Below are positions 57,735 through 64,000 of a stretch of DNA of 64,000 bases, piece by piece (within the stretch, counting starts at the first letter, position 1; every line of letters begins with the position of its first letter). A model generated the notes under the pieces. The model did no database searches, was not told the DNA's origin, and saw nothing but the letters and a program-made list of their open reading frames with translations. The position numbers were made by a program, and so were the translations under genes. Source of the stretch: the human T2T-CHM13v2.0 reference genome, Homo sapiens. The DNA lies in the NCBI RefSeq assembly GCF_009914755.1, contig NC_060930.1; one strand, written 5' to 3'.

Positions 57735-58592
57735 TATTGACTATGTTGCCCTTTACACCGTTCACTAACCCTTGGTCTAAATAATGCTCTTTTCTAATTT
57801 CTTATACAACTAGAGATATTATGCTTGGAAAGTAAATTTGTCACTGACTCAGAAATGAATCAGCTCCAATTCAATGCTTTTCTGCTGACTAACCATTCTG
57901 GGCAAACACTGAGAGATAACTGTGGTCGATGAAAATTGCCAAGCTATGAAAATTTCGCTAAATATACTGTGTTCTATACACTTGAGCTACAATTAACAAT
58001 GTAAACATACAAAAGCTAAGAAATGCTAAAGTTCTCCTGATGCAGAACTTAAGTGTGCTCCATGAACTACGTGTGGCTAAGCATCAATGGTATTATTATC
58101 ACTACTAGACATTCAGAAGCTAAACAAAGAACTAGGAATTCAAGGCCTATGTGCAGGGTATGCTCCTTTTAAAGTCATTCAGTTTGTGTCTTAAAAATAA
58201 TGTCATTGATTTTTCATTTATATAATTCAGTCTGCCTATAATAAAGAAACTGTAGTAATAATGTAAAGTGACTAGTATTCCTACAAAGTGTCCAGATCAC
58301 AAAAGACAAGGACAGACTAAGGAACTGTCACAGATTGGAGGCAATTAAGCAGACATGCCAAATAAATGCAATGTGGGATCCTTCACAGGACCCTGGAATA
58401 GAAAAGGACACTAGTGAAAAAGTTGGTAAAATCTAAGTAAGATCTGTTGTTAGTAGTATTGTGCCAATGCTAATTTCCTGGTTTTGATCATTGTTCTATG
58501 GTTATGTAAGATATTAATATTAGGGAAAGTGGGGTGAAGGGTTTCTAGGAACTCTGTACTATTTTTGCAAGTTTTCTGTAAGTCTAAAATTA

Positions 58593-59016
<424 letters not shown>

Positions 59017-59732
59017 TTACCATGCTTTATCACAGAATCAAACAAGCTTTTAGAGATCAAGCCCCACTCTACCCACCCTCAGCTCATTCCCTTTCCCCTA
59101 GAACCACTGTAAGGCCTCTGGTTGGAGGGGCATTTTCCTTCTTGAAACTCTTCAGGATCAGACTCCCTACAACCTCCTTCAGTAGCTCTTTAGGGTGATG
59201 TATTCCATTGATGACTAATAAATATTTATAAAGCACCTTCTGTGTGACAGATCCTATCTTTAAGCTCTGAGGATATAGAGACCAATAAAATATGGTCCCT
59301 TCTTTTAAAGAGCTTAGAGTCTCCTGGCAGGGGATGGGGGTGTGGATGGGAGGGGGGAAGCAGATATGTACCACTCATGAATACAAACTAAGATATTTCA
59401 AGTATGCTTAGGGCACAGGATGTGGAGGGGAATTAAGGAGAAAGCCCTCTTGGTTTCCAGCTGGGTTAATTCCATCTGGGCTTAGGGAGGGCAGGAAAAA
59501 TCTTCATAAAAGATTGTCTTAAAAAAGAGAAAAGTAGGTGTTTTGTAGGGCAAATGGGGTTCTAGCACTCCAAGAAGCAGAAACTAAGAGGCAGGGCTTG
59601 AAATTAGGGGGTGGGAAAGGGGGAACTTGTGGAAAGAGTTGGCAGAGTTTTGTTTATGGAGGAACCCAGATGCCATTTTTTAAAATACAGGTTTTGACTG
59701 GATTCTGTACTGGAGAAGAAAATGCAATAAAG

Positions 59733-59989
59733 CAGGGGTCCCCAAACCCAGGGCTGTAAACCAGTCTGTGGCCTGTTAGGAGCTGGGCCACACAGCAGGA
59801 GGAGAGCAGTGGGTGAGTGAGCATTACTGCCTGAGCTCCACCTCCTGTCAGATCAGCAGCGGCGGCATTAGATTCTCACAGAAGCACGAACCCTACTGTG
59901 AACTGCCCATGGGAGGGATCTAGGTTGCGTGCTCCTTAGGAGACTAATGCCTGATGATCTGAGGTGGAGCAGTTTCATCCTGAAACCAT
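59733..59989 (+). mobile_element. MER1B-like hAT element, 3' truncated
   Basis: caggggtccccaa start; cctcctgtcagatcagc...gcattagattctca core. Confidence 0.78.
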
Positions 59990-60229
59990 GGACAGTAGAT
60001 TAGATAAAAATATTTATCTGTGTTAAAGTTATTGTAGTTGTAGTTACTGTCCTGTGATTCAGTAAGAATATAGTTTCATTCTTGGGAAATATACTCTGAA
60101 GGGTTTACAGGTAAAGGGCCATGATGTATGCAATTTATTCTCAAGTGGGTAGAACAAAAATTTTGTGTGCATTGCGAGGAAAACAAATGGGGTAAAATGT
60201 TAACAACAGGTAAATCTGGGTAAAGAGTA

Positions 60230-60582
60230 TGCTATGGACTGAATGATATCCCTCCTCCAAATTCACATGTTAAAGCCCTAACCTCCAATGAGATTGTATC
60301 TGGAGACAGACCTATGGAAAGGTAATTAGGCTACAGAGGTCGTAAGGGTAGGGGTCTGATACAATAGGGCTAGTGTCTTTTACCTCTCCCCCACACACCC
60401 TAGCAAATGAGGACACAGGAAAAACGCAGCCATCTAAAAGCCAGGAAGACAGCCCTCACCAGAAACCAAACCATTTGATCTTGGACTCTCCAGCCTCCAG
60501 AACTGTGAAAAAAATAAATTTCTGTTAAGACACCCAGTCTATGTTACTATGTTATGTATGGTAGCCCAGGCAGACTAAGATA
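60230..60582 (+). mobile_element. MLT1A/MST-type MaLR solo LTR
   Basis: tgctatggactgaat start; ccagcctccagaactgtga...aataaatttctgt; gactaaga end. Confidence 0.72.
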
Positions 60583-60954
60583 GGATCTATGGGTATTCTT
60601 TTGGTATTCTTGCAATTTATGTAAATTTAAAATTATTATAGATTAAAAATTTCAATTATCCCTAAAATGGTAGAAGAAGGGAAATTTTTTAAAGATACAG
60701 GCATCTTAAATGTTTTATCTTAGATCAAAACATACAAATGCAGACTTATTTAATACAACTTGTTGAGAAGACAGAACACTATCATATACCATGGTTCCTC
60801 CACTTCATGATTACTGTATTATGGAATAGATTGGATTCAGGCTGTGCCTTAACCCAAAAAGTATATTTGGACCACAGCACAAGCAATTTTGGCTCTGCAT
60901 TTGTTTTCCCCTTTTTCTTCTTTATCTTCAACTATTTTTTTCCTATAGCATACA

Positions 60955-61312
60955 CACAGTCCTCAACTTTTGATGGTTTGACTTACGATATTTTGACTTT
61001 GTACAATGGCGCCAAAGCTACATGCATTTAGTAGAAATCGTATTTCGAGCACCCATACTATTCTGTTTTTCACTTTCAGTGCAGTATTCATTATATACAT
61101 GAGATATTCAACACTTTATTATAAAATGGGCTTTGTGTTAGATAATTTGCCCAACTATAGGCCAATGTAAGTGTTCTGAACATGTTTAAGATAGGCTAGG
61201 CTTACAATGATGCTCAGTAGGTTAGGTGTATTAAATGTATTTTTGACAATGATTTTTTAACTTACAATGGGTTTATAGGGATGTAACCCCACTCTAAGTT
61301 GAGACACATCTG
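60955..61312. mobile_element. MER47A-like Tigger MITE
   Basis: Similarity to recalled consensus; taagttgagacacatctg end. Confidence 0.7.
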
Positions 61313-62895
61313 TGTATGAATCCTCCATCATTCATTATTTCACTTTCCAACAAATTAAGACTCCCAAACCATCGTTGTATGTCATCTTCCTAAAAAAAAA
61401 AAAAAAAAAAAATTCCTGGAAGCTTGATTTGTCAAAAAAAAAAAAAAATCAGCCAACTAATAAACAATGTCTTTATTTTTATTTTTTAAAGAAGGCTTTG
61501 CCCTATAGACAATGGGAAGTCAACTAAAGTTTTGTAACTAGGGACTAACATGATCAGATCTGCATTTTGTAATCCAGTTAGAATATTTTTCTTCATGTCC
61601 AACCAAAACTTGCATATTCTAACTTAAGCAAATTTCTTCTGCCTAGTTTTCTGTGGATATAACGAAGCTATGTCATAAAAATGTCTATGCACATGAAATG
61701 AGTAATCAAGCATGTGTCTCTCAGCCTTCTCCTGCCTTAATTACATGACCTTTTCTCAGAGGAAGCATTTTCCACTCCTTTAATTACCTTTGGCATTCAT
61801 CTCTGAATCCTCACACATTTCTCCATCTCCTTGATGAACTATGGTGACCAAAACTTAATAGTAACCTATATTACAGTAGCATGTGGGCTTCCCTCATGCT
61901 TTTTGCAATGGCATTATACTACTGATTTATATCAGTTATTAATAATAAAGCCTTTTTTGGATAATTAATGTCCCTTCCTCATCCACTTAAATTGTACAAT
62001 TGGAACAATGGTTCCTAGATTATCACTGGGAAAGCTATCTGTGAAAGAATTAAGAGCTTCATTGAAATCCAGATAGAGTGGGTCATTCATTCAATGCACA
62101 GTCACCCCAACAATTCCTCCTTGTTATAGTCTGTCATATTATCAAGGAACAAAATCTAATTACTGTGGCAAGATATGACTCTCACCATACCATGGCAGTT
62201 ACTTTCTAATTTCTAATGCTACTTCAGGTAATTACCTAACAACTATACAATGGATCAGACTAGTGTCTCTTCAAGCATTGATGGCACATGGTATAATTTT
62301 AATTAAACTTTAATAAGATGCTAAGCATTATGCAAGGCTCTTGGGCACATTATGGATAAGGCTAGGGTCTCTCCTTTAAATCACTCACAACTGACAGATA
62401 CACAAAAAATGTAGAAACTGCTATGAGAATGCAGTAGACAGCAACCAACTCTTGGGAGGAGGAGAGAGATCTGACAATCCTTCAGAGAAGAGGTAGTATT
62501 GAGATATTAAAAAATGAAAAAGGTTTTCTTACACAGAAAAGGAGAGAAAGAAATTATAAGTGGAGGAAACTGTAAAAATGTTGGCGAATACAAGAGCTTG
62601 GTGTGTTCACAAGAGGGCAGGCACAGCCTAATGTTTCTCACCCTGGTTGAATACAGAATCACCTAGAGAACCTTTAACATTTACTCATGCCTAGCCCCAG
62701 CCCCAAGAAGCAGGTCAGGATGGGGGCTGAGCTTTGAGAGTTCTGAAAGTTTTCCAGGTCTAATGTGCAACCAGGGCTGGGTACGAGGCTAGAGCGTAAA
62801 ACCAATTCAATGGAGGGCGATGGGGCAAATTGCAGGAAATAGCTAGAAAGTTAGGGTGGGCCCAATTATGAACGAGTATGTGTGTCATGCAGGAG

Positions 62896-63209
62896 TTTTT
62901 TGTTTTTGCTTTTGTTATTTTTTTGAGACAGGGTCTCACTCTGTCACCCAGGCTGGAGTACAGTGGTGAAAATCACAGCTCACTGTGGCCTCAACCTCCT
63001 AGGCCCAAGTAATCCTCCCACCTCAGCCTCCCAAGTAGCTGGGAGTACTTGGTGTACACTACCAGGCTTTTTTTTTTTTTTTTTTTTTAAGAGATGAGGT
63101 CTCTTTTTTTTTTTTTTTTCCCAGGTTGGTCTTGAACTTTTGGGCTCAAGCAATTCTCCCACTTTGGCTTCCCAAAGTGCTAGGATTACAGGCGTGAGTA
63201 CACCTGGCC
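62896..63209 (-). mobile_element. AluJ with expanded internal T-runs
   Basis: TSD ca(t/c)gcaggagttt. Confidence 0.88.
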
Positions 63210-64000
63210 TCACGCAGGAGTTTGATTTTTATCCTACAGAAGGGAGTTCCTCAGAGTTTTTAAAGCAGAGAAACAGCATGAATAAAATCCCTCTGGAGAC
63301 TACATAGATGTTAGAATAGAGATCAGAGGCAGAGACTAATTAGGAGGTTACTCCAATAGCCCAGGTGAAATATGATGAAAGCCCAAACAAAGGCACTGGA
63401 CTGGGTGAGTCTTAGATACAACAGGAGACTATGGGTTTGAGATAGGGAATGTGTGTTTTTGTGTTATTTGGACAATGTACAGAGATGTGGGTTCTGTTTT
63501 CTCGGGGGCTGAATTTGAGGTATGTACAAAACCTCTCACTGGAGATGCTCAATAAGCAAATAGCTCTAAGGTTGTTTTATTTTTCCCCAAAGATAGAGTA
63601 TTATTGGAGTTCTTATTGGGAACACAGCATTCAGACAAGGCTGATACACTGTGTAACTCCAGGGTACTCCATTCACATAGAACACAACGTGAAAGGTGCC
63701 CACTGGAGTTGTTAAATAAGGCAGCCTGTGTTCAGAATAAGGAATGCAATAGTCCCATCACATCCTTGGTTTACTGCTCCAGAGGCCAAACTTCAAGAGA
63801 AATATTAAAGAACATAGTGAGGCATCTAAATGAAAGTACAAGAAGGGTAGATGAAGAAACACCGGATGCTGGAAGCAAAGGAGACTTGGAAAGCCATGAT
63901 AATTGTTCCAAGTGTACAAAGGATATCAGAGAGAAGGGTTAGTTACACTAGGTATGGTTCCAGAGAACAAGAACCATGACCACTCTTTGAGCTTTCTATT

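Overview
Human genomic DNA (Alu/L1/MER/LTR-rich), recognisable as the GSTA4-RN7SK-CILK1(ICK) locus on 6p12. Minus strand, left: 5' part of GSTA4 (non-coding exon 1 and coding exons 2-5; the gene runs off the left edge). Plus strand at 11189-11520: the functional RN7SK gene with a complete type-3 Pol III promoter (octamer, SPH, PSE, TATA), head-to-head with GSTA4 in a CpG island. Minus strand, right: all 13 coding exons of CILK1. Exon lengths sum to 1899 nt (632 aa + stop) with consistent phases; there is a ~3.8 kb 3' UTR, and the non-coding first exon appears to lie beyond the right edge. Most ORF-track entries are spurious or Alu-derived. I found no new gene or new multi-gene system. The best leads are regulatory or structural: a paired uORF/overlapping-uORF in the CILK1 leader; a short GC-AG intron; a shared Pol II/Pol III promoter; a hairpin+T-run backup terminator behind 7SK that an Alu insertion duplicated; a stop-free Alu-flanked circRNA candidate; a 149-bp local duplication with a fold-back junction; and an AP-1 cluster in GSTA4 intron 2. 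Repeat subfamily names come from recalled consensus similarity and need RepeatMasker/Dfam confirmation.
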